Shown: positions 20,313 to 28,564 of the stretch, piece after piece
Numbering within the stretch: the first letter of the stretch is position 1
Layout of the letters: every line of letters starts with the position of its first letter
Origin: Naegleria gruberi
Taxonomy: Eukaryota
Direction: 5' to 3' (one strand)
Assembly (NCBI GenBank): GCA_000004985.1
Contig: GG738915.1
DNA length: 64,000 nucleotides
The notes under the pieces: generated by a model
What the model was told of the DNA's origin: nothing
Databases searched by the model: none
The model's input: only the letters and a program-made list of their open reading frames with translations
Made by a program: the position numbers and the translations under genes

Positions 20313-22265
20313 ATGACGAGTCATCAAACAGGGCAGAGTTCGTCTTTTACGGTTCAGGCGGGCGGCTCATCCTCTTCTTCGACAGTAGTTCCTCCTTCGT
20401 CTTCATCATCATCGGGTAGTGCTGCTGATAGTAACAATAACAATTTGAAGGCAACTAGTGAAAATCATAAAAATGATGATGCCAAATCAACAACAAGTAC
20501 AAATAGTAGTTTACATCAACAACAACAACAACACAGCGAATTAAACATCTCTGGAAATAATTTAAATGTTTTGGTTACACCTGTAGCATTGGATGGAAAG
20601 TCTGAGCCATTATCTCCTACAGCACACAGAAGAGCAACATCAATTTCATCAAATGGATATCCAGCAAATACACCAGCAACACCTGTCCATCCACAATTTA
20701 CTTCTCATCCTGAAGATGATAATGATTCTGATAATGGAAAATTAAAAGGAAAAAAGAACAAGAAGAAAAAGTGGCATGTCAATGCTATGGGTGAAATTGT
20801 TTACAAGGAACACAATTCATATAATTTAATGCGTCAAATCCAAATGGGTATTAGATCTGCAATCAGTGAAATAACACCTAAAAAACAAAAAGATGTACTA
20901 TTACTTAAGGATTTTACTAATATTAACAAAATGCCGTTTCCAGAAAAGGGATCAACAAGAACACCTCCACACGAATTCCCATTCTTTGATTTTTATGATT
21001 ACTCACCATTTCCTTTTAGACATTTGAGAGAACGTTTTGGTATTGATGCTTCCAATTATCTTGTTTGTTTATGTCATGAACTGTCTCTCTCAATTCTTGG
21101 CACTCCTGGTAAGAGTGGTGCTCTCTTCTTTTTCTCTGCTGACATGCAATACATGTTAAAGACTGTAACAAAAAAGGAATCAAAATTCTTGAGAAAAATT
21201 TTGCCAGATTACTATAACCATGTTATGGCCAATCCAAACACTCTCATTACTCGTTTTTATGGAATGTATAGTATAAAACCTCGAGGAGGTAAAAATGTAA
21301 GATTTATTGTCATGAACAATGTGTTTGACACAACAATGTATGTTTCTGAGAGATACGATTTAAAGGGTTCAACTGTTGGACGAGAAGCATCAGAGAAAGA
21401 AAAAAAGAGAGAAACACCAATTTATAAGGATTTAGATTTTTTGAGGAGAAGTAGCAAGTTAAAAGTTGGACCTCAAATGAAGAATCTCATTATGAATCAA
21501 CTTCAAGTTGATGCTACATGGTTGGAAAAGATGAAGATCATGGACTATAGTTTACTAGTTGGTGTTCACAGATTGGATCCTGAATTGGATGCAGAAGTAT
21601 TGAAAGAAGCTCAAAATTGTAATATCAAATTGTCAGATTCTGACATTCCTTCGGAAGCTTTTACTACTGTATTTAATCATGGCTCAAGTGTGGCTTCAAG
21701 TTCAATGACTTCTACATCATACTTAAACGGAACCGATCAGGGAACAGGCGCTTCATCTTCTTTAAATACTACAAATCCAATTTCAGATCATCATGACCAA
21801 GTTGTAAATAGTACAGATATTGCCATTGAGGTTAGTGATGAATCTCATCCAACATTGAATGGTTCATCAAGCACCAAAACCATAGAAAATACACCATCAA
21901 CACATCATCCAACAAGTATGTCAACTACTACACAGGACAGCAGAAAGAGTAGTGAAAGCACCTCCTCATTCTTTGGAAGATTTATGAATCACAGACTGAG
22001 TGTTTCTTTGAAAAAACACTACAGAGGTCCACGTGCCTCTCTATTCCAACAATTCCATGGTGGTACACTGTCACTTCCTTTAGAGGATGGTAGCCGTGAA
22101 ATTTACTACTTTGGTATTATTGATTTGTTACAAAAATGGAATAACAAGAAACAAATAGAAAATATTTTCAAGGGCCTTGTAGCTGACAGAAACCAAATTT
22201 CTGCAGTCTCACCAAAGAATTATGCAATGAGATTTGTAAAATTCTTGGGAGATGGTTTACAATAA
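20313..22265 (+). CDS. phosphatidylinositol phosphate kinase (PIP4K/PIP5K family)
   Basis: The PIPK catalytic core reads GKSGALFFFSADMQYMLKTVTKKESKFLRKILPDYYNHV...TLITRFYGMY...RFIVMNNVF...YDLKGSTVGREA...MDYSLLVGVH...EIYYFGIIDLLQKW. The N-terminus is low-complexity and S/N/Q-rich. The ATG follows aaaaaaaaATG, and about 500 nt of C-rich leader lies upstream. Confidence 0.85.
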   Translation: MTSHQTGQSSSFTVQAGGSSSSSTVVPPSSSSSSGSAADSNNNNLKATSENHKNDDAKSTTSTNSSLHQQQQQHSELNISGNNLNVLVTPVALDGKSEPLSPTAHRRATSISSNGYPANTPATPVHPQFTSHPEDDNDSDNGKLKGKKNKKKKWHVNAMGEIVYKEHNSYNLMRQIQMGIRSAISEITPKKQKDVLLLKDFTNINKMPFPEKGSTRTPPHEFPFFDFYDYSPFPFRHLRERFGIDASNYLVCLCHELSLSILGTPGKSGALFFFSADMQYMLKTVTKKESKFLRKILPDYYNHVMANPNTLITRFYGMYSIKPRGGKNVRFIVMNNVFDTTMYVSERYDLKGSTVGREASEKEKKRETPIYKDLDFLRRSSKLKVGPQMKNLIMNQLQVDATWLEKMKIMDYSLLVGVHRLDPELDAEVLKEAQNCNIKLSDSDIPSEAFTTVFNHGSSVASSSMTSTSYLNGTDQGTGASSSLNTTNPISDHHDQVVNSTDIAIEVSDESHPTLNGSSSTKTIENTPSTHHPTSMSTTTQDSRKSSESTSSFFGRFMNHRLSVSLKKHYRGPRASLFQQFHGGTLSLPLEDGSREIYYFGIIDLLQKWNNKKQIENIFKGLVADRNQISAVSPKNYAMRFVKFLGDGLQ

Positions 22266-22325
22266 TAAATTAATTTATTTTGAATTTCTTACAAATTGTT
22301 TATCTCATTCCTAAATGAAGTTGTT

Positions 22326-24083
22326 CTATTGTACAAGGCATTTACTACCGCTTGGTGTTGGCTTCTTTCCCAAGATATTCATCTTTGTAAATGGAGTCCT
22401 GGTTGTTGGACAACTTGCAATTAAAATATCACCATTTCCATCTCCTCCAATTAAAGCTTCATCATCCATTTCCAAACTCATTACTCCACTTGTAGGAATA
22501 AAGTTTACAACTTTCCAAGGACAGTTCTTAGTATCATTTCCAACCATCACTCCAGATTTGATAAATTTATCAATTTGTGGTGCTTCAGCAAGTTTTGAAC
22601 CATTCAATGATTGAGCAAATTCATCTGTTGTCATAACGACAACTCCAAGCTTGGATCCAACCACAATCTTTTGACCATCAAATTGTAATCCTCTAATAGC
22701 TCCCAATCTGAAAACATCCATATCATATAATATAGAAGGATCTGGATTTTCCTCTTTTGATGAAGAAGATGAAGAAACTTTTCTATAGTCAATAATTTGA
22801 ATAAATCCTCTATCAGATCCAGCTAGGAATAGATATTTTCCTGCCGATGGATCAAAGCATGAAGCATTGACTTCATAGAGATATGCATCAGTAAATACCT
22901 CTCCCACAACATTGGAAGATCTTGTATCGAAAATCTTGATATACTTATCTGCAGAGGCAGTAAGAAAGAGATCTGAATATCTTCCAGATGGATTACAATC
23001 GACATCATAGATTGCACTCTTGTGAGTGGAAACACCATTCTTATCACAAATCAAAGTTTTCACTTCTTTCATAGTGGAAGCATCGAATATTTTGGCCACA
23101 CCATCAGCTCCACCAGTTACAAAGCTACTTTCATTAATAATTCTCAAATTCCATATACCATTCTTGTGATTGTGGGGAACACGTCCGATATTCTTCATAA
23201 TTTCCCCATCCTCAGCCTCTGGATCATAGGAACCATAATTCAATATATTGGAAAATCCTCCAGTCACTAGAAAGTTTGGAATTCTATGTTGTTGAGTATC
23301 AATGCACCACAGCAAACTTCTCTCTTCATAAGTTTCCTTCCATTCATATTTATATTCTACATTGCTTACATATTGAGTTTCATCATCAAATGCAGCTTTT
23401 CCATTCACTTCAATATCATAAAAATTAACACTGTGAGAACAGGTCATTAAATGAATCTTGTTATGATCACTGGTCGATCTTAGGAATGTCAGATAATTAA
23501 TTCCAACACCAGGATCTGGTAATTCAGGTTTCTTCTCACAAGAAGCAAATGTCTTTTTATGATTGATAAAGAAATCATTTTCCATTTGATTTTCCTCTCC
23601 TTCTCTATATCCTCTAAATTTATACCATCCCTTATAGAGTGTCAAATGTTCATATTTGAAAATTTCATAGAGTGAATGCGCATTTGTATTCTCAAAAACT
23701 CGACGTCTTACTATACTTTTTTGTGAGGGAGGAATTTCAAGGTGGGTTTTTTCATCATTTGTTGAAGATGAATTATTTTCATTTCTAATAAATTGTTTCC
23801 ACAATGCATCATTCCTCGATGTATACAAAAAGGTTGAATTTACCAATGAAATATTTAAAATAATTTCCCTATATTCAAGGAATGAAAATATGAGAATTAA
23901 AACATCTTCGGGAACATCAGTTACATGATCCAATGAAGAATCACCCAATTTAAATGGTCCTATTTCATCTACATTATTAGTAGAAACTACTCTTTCCGAA
24001 ACATCATTTAAAACATTTTCATTTGGTTGATCATCAACATCTTCATCAACATGAGAGGATGAACCTGTTGGTTGTTGAAGCAT
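22326..24083 (-). CDS. F-box / WD40-repeat protein
   Basis: F-box segment VPEDVLILIFSFLEYREIILNISLVNSTFLYTSRNDALWKQFI. A beta-propeller region with WD-like repeats follows, including GGADGVAKIFD and FLTASADKYIKIFD. The stop is TAG at 22326-22328, about 60 nt from the stop of the convergent PIP5K gene. Confidence 0.75.
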   Translation of the reverse strand: MLQQPTGSSSHVDEDVDDQPNENVLNDVSERVVSTNNVDEIGPFKLGDSSLDHVTDVPEDVLILIFSFLEYREIILNISLVNSTFLYTSRNDALWKQFIRNENNSSSTNDEKTHLEIPPSQKSIVRRRVFENTNAHSLYEIFKYEHLTLYKGWYKFRGYREGEENQMENDFFINHKKTFASCEKKPELPDPGVGINYLTFLRSTSDHNKIHLMTCSHSVNFYDIEVNGKAAFDDETQYVSNVEYKYEWKETYEERSLLWCIDTQQHRIPNFLVTGGFSNILNYGSYDPEAEDGEIMKNIGRVPHNHKNGIWNLRIINESSFVTGGADGVAKIFDASTMKEVKTLICDKNGVSTHKSAIYDVDCNPSGRYSDLFLTASADKYIKIFDTRSSNVVGEVFTDAYLYEVNASCFDPSAGKYLFLAGSDRGFIQIIDYRKVSSSSSSKEENPDPSILYDMDVFRLGAIRGLQFDGQKIVVGSKLGVVVMTTDEFAQSLNGSKLAEAPQIDKFIKSGVMVGNDTKNCPWKVVNFIPTSGVMSLEMDDEALIGGDGNGDILIASCPTTRTPFTKMNILGKKPTPSGSKCLVQ

Positions 24084-24156
24084 TTTTTTTCTACTATTAA
24101 AACAACACTACGAGAAAGAACATTGAACAAGCAAGTTGGTAAGAGATGTTTTCGTA

Positions 24157-24175
24157 TGACGTACTCAGGACGTCA
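24157..24175. promoter_or_regulatory. palindromic TGACGT-N7-ACGTCA element about 75 nt upstream of the F-box/WD40 gene start
   Basis: The sequence tgacgtactcaggacgtca is GC-rich, sits in an AT-rich spacer, and contains two inverted CRE-like half sites. Confidence 0.2.
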
Positions 24176-24602
24176 GCAGAACATTGTAAGTGAGGGAATT
24201 TTTCAAATTCATTCATCATTCTAAAGCAATTCACAGAAGAGTGTTACAAGTTTCTCAATTACAAATTCAAACAACCATTTCTTGGAAATGTTCCCTTCTT
24301 TTTCGTCATTTACAAGGGAAACTCAAGAACATTTCTGTCAGAATAATCTGCTGGTATGCAATGTGGCAACTGGTTTCTGCCATCTCCCAATCAAATAGTA
24401 AACAAGACATGAGAATATTAAAATCCCGACCACCTAAACCTGTTGAATATCTTCTATCTCTTCTTTTTGGGGTTGCCGTCAAGAAAACCGGTTATGCTCT
24501 GACCAATCTGAAAGCCAAGCTGATTGTATATTGGATAGTGGTGCGGCTTAAAGATGAAAGTAAGGCAACAGACATAAATGATTACATTGTCTTTCACAAT
24601 TG

Positions 24603-25415
24603 TTATAATTTATTTCTCGAATTAATGAATTGTTTCTTTTTGAGTTCGTAACAATCCATCCAACTATTGAAGAAAATATTAATTTCGTCATCAGTGTAAT
24701 TTTCAGATGGATGGCACGAAGACAAAGGAGAGGAAGGAGAAGAAAGGGAATCGAATTGGGAGGTTATGGAGCAAGTTGTTGTGGAGGAGTATGGTGTAAT
24801 TGTCGAACTAGTTAATGGAATGACTGGTGTGGAAACTTCAGAAGAAGTTTGAACAATATTAGAATTAGAACGGTGTCTAGTGTTTTGAGTCGTACGGGAA
24901 TCAACAGTAGCAACAGATGACGGCTCTTCTGAATCGCTTTGAGAGAATTCATCACAACTAGCACTTATTTCAGAGGAACTCTTTGGAGTAATAGGCATAC
25001 CAGAGATTTCTGTGGTAATATCATTCAAATTGCTGGTGCATGGAGTAATGATGATTGGTGAGTAAATTGAATCTTGTGATTGAAGATTGAAAGAGGAGCA
25101 AACTGGAGTTAAAACAAGAGGAAAGTCTTCCAAGTGACGACGTTTGGATTTTTGAGTTTCCTCCAATCTGTTGGATGGTCGTTTTGTGGACTTGTTTTCC
25201 CTCTTCCTCATTGAATACTCCTTACCATTCTTACACACAGTTAGGATGAGAGAAGGTTTTGGACTCGAATTACTCTGCAGACAGGACTGCAGAGTTTTGG
25301 TAGTTGATGATTTTTCAGTTTCTTCACAACTGATGAGTGAAGAACATGAAACTTTACATTGTTGTTGAACATCAATAACATTCTGTTCAACTTGGCATAA
25401 TCTTGCATGAGCCAT
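24603..25415 (-). CDS. Ser/Thr-rich low-complexity hypothetical protein
   Basis: ORF with an ATG at 25413-25415 (minus) preceded by aaaaaaacaacaATG. The product is rich in S, T and P runs. The start is only 20 nt from an assembly gap, so the 5' end is uncertain. Confidence 0.45.
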   Translation of the reverse strand: MAHARLCQVEQNVIDVQQQCKVSCSSLISCEETEKSSTTKTLQSCLQSNSSPKPSLILTVCKNGKEYSMRKRENKSTKRPSNRLEETQKSKRRHLEDFPLVLTPVCSSFNLQSQDSIYSPIIITPCTSNLNDITTEISGMPITPKSSSEISASCDEFSQSDSEEPSSVATVDSRTTQNTRHRSNSNIVQTSSEVSTPVIPLTSSTITPYSSTTTCSITSQFDSLSSPSSPLSSCHPSENYTDDEINIFFNSWMDCYELKKKQFINSRNKL

Positions 25416-25434
25416 TGTTGTTTTTTTCAATGGG

Positions 25435-25588
25435 NNNNNNNNNNNNNNNNNNNNNNNNNNNNNNNNNNNNNNNNNNNNNNNNNNNNNNNNNNNNNNNNNN
25501 NNNNNNNNNNNNNNNNNNNNNNNNNNNNNNNNNNNNNNNNNNNNNNNNNNNNNNNNNNNNNNNNNNNNNNNNNNNNNNNNNNNNNNNN
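25435..25588. other. assembly gap (154 N)
   Basis: Run of N characters. Confidence 0.99.
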
Positions 25589-25936
25589 TAATGTATATGT
25601 TGACTTTGGATATTTCTTTTCATACTCAACAAGTACTTTATAGAGTAATGAAAAAGCAACTCTAGCTGGATAATCACTATCTGTAACAATAACAGCACTT
25701 AATTGACTATCCACTCTTGTTTGTACATAACAAGTGTATTCATCCTTGACAATTTGTTGTCTTGTTCCTGGAGGATTTTTATCCGATAATAATCTAGTAA
25801 TAAATACAACATATTCACGAACAGTACCACGTTGAAAGAATCCGAATGAAGATAATTCATCATAGCCGGCCAAAATAACTGATTTGCTATTTGCTGTTGT
25901 TGGCTTGTAGAGAACGTGAATGGCCAATAATTTCAT
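25589..25936 (-). CDS. YKT6: YKT6-type longin-domain SNARE (synaptobrevin homolog), 5' part only; the 3' end is lost in the N gap
   Basis: The N-terminal 116 aa, MKLLAIHVLYKPTTANSKSVILAGYDELSSFGFFQRGTVREYVVFITRLLSDKNPPGTRQQIVKDEYTCYVQTRVDSQLSAVIVTDSDYPARVAFSLLYKVLVEY, align by eye with the YKT6 longin domain (MKL..L.VLYK...L..A.D.SSF.FFQR..V.EF..F.......R......V....Y.CHV..R.D.L..VVI.D.EYP.RVAF.LL.KVL.E). The ATG at 25934-25936 (minus) follows an A-run. The expected C-terminal SNARE motif and CAAX box fall in the gap at 25435-25588. Confidence 0.8.
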
Positions 25937-26287
25937 TTTTTATTATTAGAGTTTTAAATTAATTGAATACCGACAGCATCATCATGCTACAACAATACAT
26001 ATTCTAAGTTTATGTTTGCCTCAAATGGAAAGAACATGTCTTTCCAATTAATATCTTTCTTCATCATCATCATGATTATCAATATGAATTAATCTCAAAT
26101 AATAATATATATTTCAATTTCACCCTTAACAAAGAATTCATACTCAAAGCTCCACATAATAATATTAATATTCTCAATACCTCACATTAATCTCTAATGT
26201 GAATGCAACTTTCATGTTTGCATCTCATCTCAATCCAAAAAAATCACTGACGATAAACTATTCAGGAATTTCTAAATCAAAAAAAAG

Positions 26288-26366
26288 GCCTCACTTCCCG
26301 TACGAGGCTTTATTAGCTGACTTGTTAAAGTACGAACCAAAGTAACCTCTCCACACTAACTTTATA
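26288..26366. repeat. left copy of an imperfect inverted repeat of about 75 bp (candidate terminal inverted repeat)
   Basis: Contains CCCGTACGAGGCTTT, TAAAGTACG, AAAGTAACCTC and CTAACTTTA. The reverse complement of the first, second and fourth blocks occurs in the same order at 31693-31760. The 11-nt core AAAGTAACCTC is in the same orientation in both copies. Confidence 0.5.
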
Positions 26367-26684
26367 GTTTAGTTGAACAAGTACGCTGTGATGATCATCT
26401 ATTTATGTATTGGCAATTTGAAAAACCATTCTTGTCAATCTCAATATGTATTATTCAATCAAAAATCCAAAAATGAGTATTGGCATTTGAATTTTACAAA
26501 TATGTGATTCCGTAAATTGATAAATACACTTTATTATACAAATAACAGTTTACAAAGAGAATATTCTTCAGTCGTGTGATTCACAACTTGAAAAAAATAT
26601 CGGCACACATCTTACCATCATCATTGTGTCTTGGTCGCGACCACACAGAACAAACAGAGGATTGTGATGATCACAATAATATAC

Positions 26685-26800
26685 AGTACTAATAATGATA
26701 ATAATAATAGTGATAAAATAGATAATAATAATATGCTGAATAATAGTGATAAAATAGATAATAATAATTAATAATAATAATAATAATAATATACAGTGAA
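26685..26800. repeat. AT-rich minisatellite: a unit of about 38 nt (AATAATAGTGATAAAATAGATAATAATAAT) repeated twice, flanked by (AAT)n
   Basis: Direct tandem duplication visible at about 26701-26732 and 26739-26770, followed by the run aataataataataataat. Confidence 0.6.
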
Positions 26801-26855
26801 TAATATATAGTAGTAGTCAGTTGGTAATTAATAATATCCAAGAACAGTGATCCTG

Positions 26856-28517
26856 TTATTTAAGCAGCGGAATGATATCAAATTCATCATCAGCAGTTCC
26901 AACTTGTTGAACATCTCTCTTTTGATTGTCTCTGAAATTTTCCCATTGATCATCTGTCTTGACAACTTTAAAACAGTAATGGTCGAGAATATGTTCAAAA
27001 TCTTCTTTCCACGCATTCTTAACTCTGGTTATGTTGAATTGTTTACAAATGAATCGTATTGCAACTCCAGGTTGCCTGGTTTTGGCTAGGAATCCCATTT
27101 GTTCGGAAGTGAAAAGAACTCTTCTTCCTGCCAATCTAATTTCAGCTGGTTGAGATATTATTTTGTACTCTTTCTTGACCTTATCTACATAATTTGTAAA
27201 AAGCTTGTAGAAAAGCTTGTGAATTTTCTTTTCAGCCTTCAATTCTACCTGTAATTGCTTAATTTCTGCATCCTTCTCTGCTAGTTGCTGCAAAAGATAA
27301 CTATTAACAAACATTGGTTGACTATTGAACATTGGTTGGTTAAATGATTGGCTAGTTTCAGGATTATTCATCAAGCCAAGGAAACTAACTTGATTTTCAT
27401 CAACAAATGAACTACCACTAATGTTATCACCGACAGTAATACTACTACTACTACTACTACTACTACTGCTACTGCCAGCACTACCAGCACTACCAGCACT
27501 ACCAGTACTGCCAACACTACCAGTAGAAAAAATTGGTTGCTCTCTATTATTGGTCTGTTGTGAAATCAAAGGTTGAGGACAAGTAACATCTTTTGGAGTT
27601 GTGGAATTATTCAACATTGATGGATTCACATTGGATGATGATGAACTTAAATGAGGAACTATGGAAGTGGTAACCTTATTTTCAAATATGACACTATTGT
27701 CAACTTCATCACTTTCATTTTGAAACTTGTTTTGGAATTGAGTAAAGGTCATTCTATTGGTGGCTGCCTCATAATTAACACTCATGCAGGACAGGTTCCA
27801 ATCTTCTATTTGATTGGGAAGCAATTCATCACTGTAGTACTTGTTACAATCTGGTACCAGTGATGTAATTACCACTCTAACTTTGCCAGATTCATCACAC
27901 CCAGTCATAGTGTAGCCATTAGCAATATGAACGAGTTGTTTATCCAATTCTATACCCAAACATACATTGGTACCAAAGGAAGGGGTTGAAGTGAGCTGAT
28001 TTCTTGTCATTAAGTTTGCTTTGACAAAGGAGTCCTTATCCAAAAAGCTTTTCAATTCATCCTTATGACTGAGGATTGTACTCTTGTGTTCTAGAATGGT
28101 GGTTAACAGAGCTGTCTTGTTGCCAGAGTATGACAAACTAGTAGAGCTGTATTTACTACATGATATGATGAAAGCCTTCAAAAAGTCACTTTTAAATTTC
28201 AATTCTTCCAACAATTTAACAGTACAATTAGTGTGCTCTAGATTTGCAATTAATTTGGTGAAGGATTGATTATCACTTGCTTTCAGACCATCTTTCCATG
28301 GTAATGGTTTAGCCTTTTTTAAAGGTTGTACAACTTGAATTTGTTGATCAACAGTGGATGATGATGTAATAGTTTGTGATGTTTGTGTAGGAGGATGGAA
28401 TTGAAATTGTTGAGATGATGATATTGTGGCAGGTGTAGGAAGGCTAGCCTTTCTCTTCTTACCTCTCTTTGTTTTAGTTTGGTTCGGATCGAACTGAACG
28501 AAATGCAGTGAAGACAT
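26856..28517 (-). CDS. hypothetical nuclear protein, 553 aa, S-rich, with a possible CENP-B/psq-type helix-turn-helix near the C-terminus
   Basis: ATG at 28515-28517 (minus) after aaaaaATG. N-terminal basic NLS-like KRGKKRK. Poly-S and GS repeat tract SAGSAGSAGSSSSSSSSSS. The C-terminal segment RRVLFTSEQMGFLAKTRQPGVAIRFICKQFNITRVKNAWKEDF resembles the psq/CENP-B N-terminal HTH (R..LT.E......G..I...FNI......KN). It is divergently arranged with the transposase-like gene. Confidence 0.5.
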   Translation of the reverse strand: MSSLHFVQFDPNQTKTKRGKKRKASLPTPATISSSQQFQFHPPTQTSQTITSSSTVDQQIQVVQPLKKAKPLPWKDGLKASDNQSFTKLIANLEHTNCTVKLLEELKFKSDFLKAFIISCSKYSSTSLSYSGNKTALLTTILEHKSTILSHKDELKSFLDKDSFVKANLMTRNQLTSTPSFGTNVCLGIELDKQLVHIANGYTMTGCDESGKVRVVITSLVPDCNKYYSDELLPNQIEDWNLSCMSVNYEAATNRMTFTQFQNKFQNESDEVDNSVIFENKVTTSIVPHLSSSSSNVNPSMLNNSTTPKDVTCPQPLISQQTNNREQPIFSTGSVGSTGSAGSAGSAGSSSSSSSSSSSITVGDNISGSSFVDENQVSFLGLMNNPETSQSFNQPMFNSQPMFVNSYLLQQLAEKDAEIKQLQVELKAEKKIHKLFYKLFTNYVDKVKKEYKIISQPAEIRLAGRRVLFTSEQMGFLAKTRQPGVAIRFICKQFNITRVKNAWKEDFEHILDHYCFKVVKTDDQWENFRDNQKRDVQQVGTADDEFDIIPLLK

Positions 28518-28564
28518 TTTTTAAAAAAAACACCAACTCCACAACAAGTGACACTTTCACCATA

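Noticed and set aside
24190-24651. A 153-aa plus-strand ORF in the spacer upstream of the F-box/WD40 gene.
   Set aside because: It overlaps the promoter or 3' flank of the flanking minus-strand genes. It has no A-rich start context and no domain. It is most likely non-coding.
25403-25643. ORFs 25403-25591 and 25407-25643, whose translations are runs of X.
   Set aside because: They are produced purely by the N gap.
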